The notes beneath the pieces were generated by a model. The model was not told the origin of the DNA. It was given only the letters and a program-made list of their open reading frames with translations, and searched no databases. Below, piece by piece: positions 40,442 through 49,600 of a stretch of DNA of 64,000 bases. A program made the translations under genes and the position numbers. How positions within the stretch are numbered: the first letter of the stretch is position 1; every line of letters starts with the position of its first letter. Location: NCBI GenBank assembly GCA_965208125.1, contig OZ242320.1, positions 448,001-512,000 of the forward strand, given 5' to 3'. Origin of the DNA: Candidatus Latescibacterota bacterium (GTDB taxonomy: Bacteria > Latescibacterota > UBA2968).

Positions 40442-41321
40442 TACAAAAAAAATTGTAGCATTTCAAGGTGAACCCGGTGCATTTAGCGAAATGGCCGCGC
40501 GTTCGTACTTTGGCAAAGACGTCCAGGTCGTACCACAACGCAATTTCTCCGCCCTGTTTGCCGCCGTCGAACACGAAGAATGTACGCACGGCATGGTACC
40601 CATTGAAAACTCATTGATAGGTAGCATTCACGAAAACTACGACCACCTGTCAGCCCACCATTTACAGATCGTCGGCGAACTCAAGTTGCGCATCGTACAC
40701 AATCTAATTGTAAACCCCGGAGTAAAATTAGAAGACATCCGCCATATCTATTCCCAGGCACCTGCACTGGCCCAGTGTACGCAATTCACAGCATCTCTGT
40801 CACGCGCCGAAACAATTATGACCTCCGATACCGCAGGAGCCGTAAAAGCTTTGAAAACATCGGGTGCACGCGATGCCGCTGCAATAGCGAGTGCCCAGGC
40901 AGCCTGGGATTACGATCTGGAAATTTTGCAGGCAGGCATTGAAGACGACCATCAGAATTACACGCGATTTTTGGTCGTCACATCCGAGGCTATAGCACCT
41001 GAAAATCCAGACATCGAAATACCCGCAAAGACGTCTATCGTATTCGCCATGAAAAATGTGCCCGGCGCATTATTTAAAAGCTTGAGCGTATTTGCATTGC
41101 GCGACCTCAACCTGCTCAAAATTGAATCTCGCCCCCTTGCGGGCAAACCCTGGGAATACGCCTTCTCGCTCGACTTTGAGGGCCATATCCATCAAGAACC
41201 CTGCGCCCGCGCCATTGAACACCTGCGCGAAATCGCCACCTTTGTAAAAATTCTCGGTTCTTATCGGCAAGGGGACATGGTCGAAGGCAAAGTTTGGAAA
41301 GACGAAAAACGCAAGACGTAA
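40434..41321 (+). CDS. pheA: prephenate dehydratase with ACT domain
   Basis: FQGEPGAFSE, PIENS, NYTRF, LLKIESRP. Confidence 0.94.
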   Translation: MGNTKKIVAFQGEPGAFSEMAARSYFGKDVQVVPQRNFSALFAAVEHEECTHGMVPIENSLIGSIHENYDHLSAHHLQIVGELKLRIVHNLIVNPGVKLEDIRHIYSQAPALAQCTQFTASLSRAETIMTSDTAGAVKALKTSGARDAAAIASAQAAWDYDLEILQAGIEDDHQNYTRFLVVTSEAIAPENPDIEIPAKTSIVFAMKNVPGALFKSLSVFALRDLNLLKIESRPLAGKPWEYAFSLDFEGHIHQEPCARAIEHLREIATFVKILGSYRQGDMVEGKVWKDEKRKT

Positions 41322-41374
41322 AACATGAGACGTGGAAGGCATCCTCTCTCACCTCTTACGTCTCACCTCTCACC
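41299..41374. repeat. inverted degenerate heptamer tandem repeats
   Basis: aagacga-aaaacgc-aagacgt-aaaacat-gagacgt ... tctcacc-tcttacg-tctcacc-tctcacc. Confidence 0.5.
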
Positions 41375-41392
41375 TTCTTTTAAGGACTTTAC

Positions 41393-43519
41393 ATGGCAAG
41401 CCAAAGATACGAAAATCTGTATGCACAAATAGAAACCGCACTGCGAGAAAAACCAAAACGCACGCAGCTCTACAACGCAGTCAAACGGGCGCGGGATGCC
41501 CGACGCACTGCAATTGATATTTTGCCGCAAGGAGAGGCATTTCGCAAAGAAGTGCGCGACATCAAAGTGCGATGCCTGCACAAGCTGGACGACCTGGTCG
41601 ATCAATTTGCCGAGAAAGTCGAATCGCGCGGAGCAAAGGTCTTTCTCGCAAAAGACGGTGCTGCTGCGATTGACTACATCTTAAAACTATCAGCAGAGAA
41701 AAACGCCGAGACCGTGGCAAAATCAAAATCGCTAACAAGCGAAGAAATCGAAGTCAACCACCCGCTGGAAAACGCCGGTCTGGAAGTAATTGAAACCGAC
41801 CTCGGCGAGCTTATTATCCAAAAAGTCCACGAAAAACCATTCCATCTGGTATTTCCCGCTGTCCATAAAACCGCAGTTGAAGTAGCAGAAATATTTAAAA
41901 AAGAAACAGGTGAGGACGTACCCGACGATGTAGATGCCATTATGAAAATCGTGCGCAAATACCTGCGACCGATTTTTCTCAACGCCGACATCGGCATGAC
42001 AGGCGCAAATGTAGGCGTTGCTGAATCGGGCACAATCCTGATCGAAACCAACGAAGGCAATGCCCGTCTGGTATCGAGCATTCCCGATGTACACATCTGC
42101 ATTATGGGACGCGAAAAAGTAGTGGAAACAGTAGAAGACGCATTGCAAATGATGCTGGCACATCCGGTCAGCGCTGTCGGCCAACACACGACAACCTATG
42201 TAACGTGGATGAGTGGCAGATCGCCTCTGGGCGAGGGCGAGGGACGCGCACCGAGGGAATCGCATATCATCATCCTGGACAATGGCCGTACCAGAATGCA
42301 AGAAGACCCCCTGTTTTCAGACGCGCTCAACTGCATCCGCTGCGGCGCCTGTATGAATATCTGTCCAACTTATGGCGTAGTCGGCGGCCATGCATTTGGA
42401 TACATATACCCCGGACCGATCGGCATACCGTGGACGGCTGAAGTTCACGGTGTAGATAAGGCGGGCGACTTCGCACCACTGTGTATTTCGTGTGGCTTGT
42501 GCAAAGAAATATGCCCCGCAGAAATCGACATCCCAATGATGATAGCCGGGGTAAAAGACCGCGACAGCGAAGCCAATCCCCATCCGCGCGTCAACAAAAT
42601 GCTGATGGCCGCAGAAAAAGCCGCAAAAATGAGCAGTTTGACAGCACCCATATCCAATTGGATGATGGACAATGGACTGGTGCGATGGGCAATGGAAAAA
42701 GTGATGGGCATTGATCGACGCCGTCAGCTACCCAAATTCAGCCGAAAAACACTCGTAAAACGCTTCGCAAAACGCGGGCCATCTCCCGTATCGAACCCCA
42801 TTCGCAAAGTGGCCTTTTTCACAGACCTGTTTGCCAATTACAACGACCCCGACCTGGGAATGGCGGCAATTGAACGCCTGGAAGCACTCGGTTGCGAAGT
42901 CATCATCCCCCCGCAAAAAAGCAGCGGATACCCCTACATCGGCTACGGCGACCTGAAAAATGCGAAAAAAATTGCACGCGAAAACGTGGACCTCCTCCTC
43001 CCCTATATACAGCAGGGCTATGAGGTCGTTGCAACAGAACCCACGGCAACGTACTGCCTGAAAATTTCATACCCCAAATTGCTCGATAAAGCAGATGATG
43101 CCGTATCTGTCGCCGAACACACGTATGAGTTTTTTGAGTTCCTATCCCTGCTCGAAAACGATATTTCAGATGAAGAGCAACATGCCCTGCGTGGACGCGC
43201 ATTTGGATTCCACATCCCCTGCCACCAGCGTCCTCTGGGTGCGGGTGAACACGCAATGGCATTCTTGCGCCAGCGCGGTGCAGACGTCGCCCTCATCGAA
43301 ACAGGCACCTGCTGTGGCATGGCGGGAACATTTGGCCTGAAAGCCGGACCCCTCGGCTACGAACTCGCACAGGCTGTTGGAGAACCACTCTTCGAAGGCT
43401 TCCGCGAATCCAATGTAGAAGCCATCGTAACAGAAAGCAGCGTGTGCGCCATCCACCTCTCAGAAGGAACCGAACTCGAAGTCTGGCATCCCTTAAACCT
43501 GCTTCGTCTCCTGGAGTAG
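41393..43519 (+). CDS. LutB/LldF (LUD plus 4Fe-4S) protein fused to a CCG/GlpC-like cysteine-rich domain
   Basis: KSKSLTSEE, ETDLGE, NEGN, CIRCGACMNIC, CISCGLCKEIC, HIPCH, CCGMAGTFG. Confidence 0.88.
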   Translation: MASQRYENLYAQIETALREKPKRTQLYNAVKRARDARRTAIDILPQGEAFRKEVRDIKVRCLHKLDDLVDQFAEKVESRGAKVFLAKDGAAAIDYILKLSAEKNAETVAKSKSLTSEEIEVNHPLENAGLEVIETDLGELIIQKVHEKPFHLVFPAVHKTAVEVAEIFKKETGEDVPDDVDAIMKIVRKYLRPIFLNADIGMTGANVGVAESGTILIETNEGNARLVSSIPDVHICIMGREKVVETVEDALQMMLAHPVSAVGQHTTTYVTWMSGRSPLGEGEGRAPRESHIIILDNGRTRMQEDPLFSDALNCIRCGACMNICPTYGVVGGHAFGYIYPGPIGIPWTAEVHGVDKAGDFAPLCISCGLCKEICPAEIDIPMMIAGVKDRDSEANPHPRVNKMLMAAEKAAKMSSLTAPISNWMMDNGLVRWAMEKVMGIDRRRQLPKFSRKTLVKRFAKRGPSPVSNPIRKVAFFTDLFANYNDPDLGMAAIERLEALGCEVIIPPQKSSGYPYIGYGDLKNAKKIARENVDLLLPYIQQGYEVVATEPTATYCLKISYPKLLDKADDAVSVAEHTYEFFEFLSLLENDISDEEQHALRGRAFGFHIPCHQRPLGAGEHAMAFLRQRGADVALIETGTCCGMAGTFGLKAGPLGYELAQAVGEPLFEGFRESNVEAIVTESSVCAIHLSEGTELEVWHPLNLLRLLE

Positions 43520-43560
43520 AGCACATCCTATCCTGAAATTGAAGACAGTTTCAAAAAAAC

Positions 43561-43598
43561 TTGCATCTCCAACACAAGTGTATTATATTAGTAATACA
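43561..43598 (+). promoter_or_regulatory. sigma70 promoter overlapped by a YtrA/GntR-type operator
   Basis: TTGCAT-N17-TATATT; inverted repeat TGTATTA-N6-TAATACA (43579-43598) covering the -10 box. Confidence 0.7.
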
Positions 43599-43626
43599 GT
43601 AATTCACCTATTGAGAGAATTGCCCT

Positions 43627-44022
43627 ATGTTGATCTCAATTGACCACCACAATGGCATACCCGTTTTTCGCCAGATCATCGACCAGGTGAAATTCCACGT
43701 AGTCAGCGGGCTACTCGCGCCGGGAGACGAACTGCCCTCGACCCGCGCATTATCGGGGCAACTGGGACTCAACCCAATGACAGTGAGCAAAGCGTATAGC
43801 CTGTTGGAAGCAGAGGGATTGGTCGAGCGGCGGCGCGGACGACCGTTAACCGTAAAACCCTTACGAGATCAGATCGTACACGCCGAAAAACTGGAACAAC
43901 TCAAACCACAACTCACACAATTGGCAACAATGGTTCGGCAGTTGGGGGTTGATCGGGCGGAAGTCGTAGATCTTTTCCACTCCATCTTAGATACCCTGGA
44001 GGAAGACAATGATGGCACATGA
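43627..44022 (+). CDS. GntR family (YtrA subfamily) transcriptional regulator
   Basis: PVFRQI, LPSTRALS..L.LNP.TV.KAY..LE.EG; short C-terminal domain; precedes an ABC ATPase. Confidence 0.93.
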   Translation: MLISIDHHNGIPVFRQIIDQVKFHVVSGLLAPGDELPSTRALSGQLGLNPMTVSKAYSLLEAEGLVERRRGRPLTVKPLRDQIVHAEKLEQLKPQLTQLATMVRQLGVDRAEVVDLFHSILDTLEEDNDGT

Positions 44023-44902
44023 CCAGACATCTGTATTTGAAGCCACATCACTGACCAAAAAATTCGGTGACACCACAGCGCTCAACTCCGTAACGCTCTC
44101 TCTTGGCGCACATCGCGTAATTGGATTGATCGGACGCAATGGCGGAGGCAAAACCACCTTGATCCAGCACATGATCGGCCTGTATTTACCCACAGAGGGA
44201 ACGTGTCAAACACTGGGCCGCGCGTGCGATCAGCTGGGAGCAAACGAACTTTCGCGCATTGGTGTGGTACATCAAGAAAATCGATTTTTCGAATGGATGA
44301 CTGTCAAACAACATCTGCGCTACGTATCCTCATTTTACGAGATATGGGACCGCGATCTGGAAGCGCATCTGTTGCGCGAACTCGAATTGGAAACATCCGC
44401 ACGCGTGGGCAACCTGTCTTCGGGGAACATGCAAAAATTGGGAATCATACTGGCAGTATGTCATCATCCCGAGCTATTGATCTTAGATGAGCCGGTCAGT
44501 GGCCTGGACCCCATTGCCCGGGAGACATTGTTGAAATTTCTAATGACACTCCTGGCTGAAGACGAAAACACAATCGTGATCTCCTCCCACATTCTGCGAG
44601 ACATCGAAAAAATAGTAGATTGGGTCGTATGCCTCGACGAAGGGACAATCAAAGCCGACAAATCGCTGGACGATCTGCACCAGACATACGCAAAGTGGAC
44701 AGTCACAGGAAACAATCTGCCCCAGCAATTTTCTGAACCTTATATCCTATCGCAAACAGTGAACGGAGTACAGGCACAATTGATCGTCAATCAAGCACTG
44801 GGCAATGTAGATCAATTCAAGCGGACTTATCATGCTAATATCACCAGTCAGTCCCTGAATCTCGACCAGCTATTTCCCATCCTGATTCGGGAGGGCGCAT
44901 AA
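44009..44902 (+). CDS. ABC-2 type transporter ATP-binding protein
   Basis: GRNGGGKT, LSSGN, LILDEP, SSH. Confidence 0.93.
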   Translation: MMAHDQTSVFEATSLTKKFGDTTALNSVTLSLGAHRVIGLIGRNGGGKTTLIQHMIGLYLPTEGTCQTLGRACDQLGANELSRIGVVHQENRFFEWMTVKQHLRYVSSFYEIWDRDLEAHLLRELELETSARVGNLSSGNMQKLGIILAVCHHPELLILDEPVSGLDPIARETLLKFLMTLLAEDENTIVISSHILRDIEKIVDWVVCLDEGTIKADKSLDDLHQTYAKWTVTGNNLPQQFSEPYILSQTVNGVQAQLIVNQALGNVDQFKRTYHANITSQSLNLDQLFPILIREGA

Positions 44903-46371
44903 TGGGTATTCTTCCATTTTTCACATTTTGGCGAAGCCCCGTTTACATTATCATCGCCTTGTGTGTCGGCTGGTTTCTCTTCCAAAACTTGGTGTCTTCC
45001 CATGCACATCGGTTCTCTGTATTCTTTTTATTTTTGTTTTTTGAACTTTACGGTGGGATTATCGGCAGTATTGTAGGAGAGAACCAGCACCGGAGGCTCA
45101 CATGGACCCTGCCGCATTTTCGCAAGCGTCTGATGATCTGGTCGATAATTATCGGACTATTTTCCGTTGTGGTGTGGACGATTATACTGGCTTATGCCCC
45201 CCTCAATGCGTCCTGGTCAACAATTTTACTGGTCAATTTGGGCTTTTATTGTTTGGGATTTGCCCTTTTCGGGGGTTGGAGTTTAGATACTAATCGCCCC
45301 GGGTTGATTTACAAGTGCCGGATCCTCATCGTGTTACCGGTGCTGGCATTAACCTATTTGTGGCAAGAGGTACTCGCTTTTGGAGAGCAACAAAAGTTGG
45401 GTTTGGCTCTCATCGCATTCGCCATCGCAATTGGAGCTCATTATTTCGCCTTTAATCAGACGACTTTTCGCAGTAAGCCATTTTCTTTTTGGGTTGGATC
45501 ATTCTACTCGGGTTTTGATCCTCGAACTCGGGAGTTTTGGCAACAGAATGCAATGAAGATGCGAAAGGCGAGTACCAGGGTATGGCATCTCGATCACATC
45601 GGTACAGGCATCTTCAACTGGCTACGTGCGGGCCAGTATGAAAATTTTGATCTGGGTGGGTGGAAATGGCCTATTTCCGCGTTTAGCGCAGCATTGGCAA
45701 TGGTATTCTTTTTTCTCGGCATGACGACGAAGTTATTCGGATTATTGGGTCAGTCTCCTTACGATTTTGAGACCGTCTCGAAAATGATTTATCACCTGAT
45801 CTTTTATTTTCACCAGTTGGACTCCAACATCATCGGGGGTATATTCGGTGCAGTGTTTTTCGGCATTTGTATGTATCTTTTTATTTCTCCTATTTCACTG
45901 AAATGGGGGTATGTCTATCCGCTTTCTCGCACCCAGCGGATGTGGATTCGGTATAGCAGTTTGCTGGTACAAAATATTTCTTTTTTTGTAGCATCTATTC
46001 TGGTATTGAGTGTTCTGGGCATCTTGGCGGGTATAAAGGTCGGGTTTGCGTCTGAAGGAGATATATCTTTGGAAATATTCTGTGTCCTTGGGTGGTGGGT
46101 CGTTCTTTTCCCGATATTGCAGTGGTTGCAAGTCAAATATGACCTGTATGAATTTCAAAGAACGCGGCGACATACATGGGGGATGGCTGTCCTGATCTTG
46201 GGCATAATTTTGGCTTTTGGATTCACTGGTTTTACCAGCCTGATGCGTGTCTGGTATCCCGATTTGATGCTGACCTATGAAGTGCCGATCCTTTTTCTCT
46301 CTTTTATTCTTTTACAATGGTTCCTATTGTCTCGGCTCAAACGGTATTATGCCACACAGGATCTGATTTAG
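44902..46371 (+). CDS. ABC exporter permease-like polytopic membrane protein
   Basis: About 12 TM segments in two halves; coupled to the ATPase stop. Confidence 0.75.
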   Translation: MGILPFFTFWRSPVYIIIALCVGWFLFQNLVSSHAHRFSVFFLFLFFELYGGIIGSIVGENQHRRLTWTLPHFRKRLMIWSIIIGLFSVVVWTIILAYAPLNASWSTILLVNLGFYCLGFALFGGWSLDTNRPGLIYKCRILIVLPVLALTYLWQEVLAFGEQQKLGLALIAFAIAIGAHYFAFNQTTFRSKPFSFWVGSFYSGFDPRTREFWQQNAMKMRKASTRVWHLDHIGTGIFNWLRAGQYENFDLGGWKWPISAFSAALAMVFFFLGMTTKLFGLLGQSPYDFETVSKMIYHLIFYFHQLDSNIIGGIFGAVFFGICMYLFISPISLKWGYVYPLSRTQRMWIRYSSLLVQNISFFVASILVLSVLGILAGIKVGFASEGDISLEIFCVLGWWVVLFPILQWLQVKYDLYEFQRTRRHTWGMAVLILGIILAFGFTGFTSLMRVWYPDLMLTYEVPILFLSFILLQWFLLSRLKRYYATQDLI

Positions 46372-46634
46372 ATTAAGTAGATTGATAAATCAATTGGGTG
46401 GTATAGTGATTGCGATGCGCTCAACTCGAATCTCGCAGGACAAAAAGCATGATTTTTGTATAATTATGCATATATGCATTTGTTTTCTCATAGATTTTTA
46501 ATTTTTTATACACGTTAATAGCATTTAATAACTTGCAGCGTGCCGCCAGGGTTACGACAATAAGAGACACGAAGTATTGGCGTACCCATTCTTTTGCACA
46601 CGTATGTATTCCTATACCTGCGAAAATAACGTGT

Positions 46635-49600
46635 ATGTTTGAAAACGGAACGATTCTCGACAAAAGATACCAAATCCAGACACATCTGGGAACCGGGGGC
46701 ATGGGCGAAGTCTATCGGGTGTTGGACCTGGAGCAAAGCCAGGAGTGCGCGCTCAAAATTTTGAATACCATGGTGGATCAGAAGGCTGTGCATCGCCGCT
46801 TCCACAGAGAATTTCAAGTGTTGAACAGATTCCAGCACCCGCGTCTGGTCCGCACATACACCTGGGGCTTTGCCGAAGATCGCCCCTATTTTACAATGGA
46901 CTATTTGCCTGGCAAGACATTGGAAAAAATAATCGCCGATCATGCACATTCAGGGCAATTCCGAGCGTCTCACTTTTTTGCTCTGATACAACAACTTGCC
47001 GAGGGATTGGCTTATATCCACGCGCAGGGTGCAGTGCATCGCGATCTCAAGCCATCCAATATCATGGTTTTGGAAACAGAAGAGGGGCTTGAGACTACGA
47101 TCCTGGATATGGGACTGGCGAAACTCAGGCATCTGCACAGTGCCTCCATTACGCAGACCGGAACAGCCATTGGCACGGCAGAATATATGTCGCCAGAGCA
47201 GGGTAAGGGTCTTTGGGTGGATCATCGATCAGACCTGTATTCATTGGGCGTGATCTTATACGAGATGCTCACGGGCGCACCGCCCTTTTCCGGACAAAAT
47301 CCCATATCTATTATTATGAAGCATATTCGAGAGTCACCCCCACCAATAGGTGAAACCCATATCGCGATTCCCGAACAGACAAAACAAATCGTGCTGAAGT
47401 TGCTGGCAAAGGAGCTTGTTGATCGCTATCAGTCGGCAGAGGAACTCCTGCGTGCCTTACCATCGGGGGTTGTGCTACCCGATGACGAGCAACGCGATGT
47501 ACATAGAAAAGTGATGCGGCCGCAATTTGTCGGGCGCGAATCTGAAATGAAGACATTGCGCGCGATGTTGCAAGATGTACAGGCTGGCGAGCAACGCGTG
47601 GTTCTAATCTCCGGTGAGTCCGGTGTGGGAAAAACGAGACTAATTGAGGAACTATTGGGCGACGCTTTGATCCATGATTTTCTGTGTTTGAAAGGTGCGA
47701 GCCAGGAAGAAGGTGGACAAATATACGGTGCGTTGATCAGTGCTTTTCAAGAGACGGTGGATTCGGTGGCAGAGCTACCCGACCCTGCAGAATCGGACAA
47801 ATTTTCTGTTATGGAACGCTGGTTGCAGTTATTAAAGCGCCTGCGGCACAAACAGCCCATTGTGTTGTGTTTGGAAGATATTCAATGGCTCGATGAATTG
47901 ACCCTGGAATTTTTACAGTATGTGTTGCGCGATCCAGAACCCTGTCCGTTTTTGTTATGTCTGACTTGCCGATGGTCTAACCTGGAGCCGCTTGCAGAGG
48001 AAATTGAGAATTTTATACACAGCAATGAATTTGCTGGTGCTACTCATATTCAGTTGGAAAATCTACCGCGAGAAGAGGCGGGGTATTTAGCGGCGTCGAT
48101 GTTGGGGGAGCGATCTGTACCGCCGGATACCTTGCAAACCCTGTTCAGAGAAACGGGTGGGCAACCCCTGTTTGTCGTGGAGGCGGTGAGGACACTGGTG
48201 CAGGCCGATGTGGTTCGGCAGAATGTGTCCGGCGATTGGCAGTGGGGAGAATTTCCCGAAACATTATTATCCGATGATATTTCAGAGGTTTTGTACAGGC
48301 GCATAACTACTCTGCCTGATGTGCAACAGCGGGTGCTGGAATATTCGTGTGTTTTTCTGAGTGATTTTTCTTTTGAATTATTAGCTTCGGTTTGGCGTGG
48401 TGATGAGTTGGAGTTGTTAGATGTACTGGACGACTTGATTGCAGGAGAGCTTTTGACAGCTTGTGGAGAAGGCGAAGATCAATATCGATTTTCACAGGGT
48501 TTGTATCAGCAGGCAATTTATGACCGCCTGCAAGATGTGCGGCGGCGTCTGTTACATCGAGAAATTGGCAATGCTTTGGAAGAGACGGAAGATGCGGAAG
48601 AATTGGCGGAAGAATTGGCGGATCATTTTGCGGCGGCAGAAGGACGAGATAAGGCTGTGAAATATGCGCGTATGGCAGGCAAAAAAGCATTGGAACAACA
48701 CGCTTATCGCCAGGCAATGAGAAAGTTCGAGGCTGTGCGGAACTGGACAGCGGATGACACCTTTGATTCACCTGCAAATGCCATCGACTTTTTGTGTGAT
48801 TATGCAGATGCGTTGCGCAATTGTAGTCAGCACAATTGCGCACTGGAACTTTTAGACGAGGCAAAAGCATTATTGCCCGTTGATAATAAAGATTTAAAGG
48901 CGCGTATTTTGAACGACCAGGGTGAAATTCAAAGCGTACTGCAACATGGGGAAATAGCAGAAAAATATATGCTGGAGGCATTGCAACTTTATCGTGAACT
49001 CGGTGATTTTGAGGGTGAAATTCAGGCGTTGGGTAGTTTGGCTTATTTGTGTGATGTGTCTGAACGACACAAAGATGCTATTGCATATATGCGTCGGGAA
49101 ATAGAGAAACGTAGTATGTTGGGAGACCCGCAAAATGAGGCTTTTATACAAGGACGAGAAAGTCAGGCGGCATTGGTCGAGTTTCGATTTGAGACAGCTA
49201 AGGGGCATTTGGAGACTGCTACAAAGGCCTTTCAGCAACCTGGACTTGAACACCAACGCATTTGGGTACTCAATTTACTTCCAAGAGTTTATTTTTATCT
49301 GGGTGATTTCAATCGTGCAGAAGCCGTTTGCAACGAAGCAATTAGTGAATGGCAGAAGCGAGGCGTTGTGTACTGGGAAGCGATGAATTTTCTCTATCTG
49401 GGAGAATTGGCTCTGGAACAAGGTAATTTTGTCGAGGCTCTGGAATACGCCGAGACCTCATCAGAACGATTTTTGCAAACACCGAGAAGAGATTATGTCT
49501 ATAGCGCTTATGCGATTGCAGCAACGGCTGCTGCGAGAATGGGAGATACAGAAGCAGCACTTGAATGGGCAGAAAAAGCCAGTGAAGGAGTGCAGCAAGC

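Noticed and set aside
46466-46479. Perfect palindrome ATGCATATATGCAT upstream of the kinase gene as an autoregulatory site
   Set aside because: It shares TGCAT half-sites with the enhancer repeats but has a 2-nt rather than 8-nt spacer in an AT-rich tract, so it could be chance.
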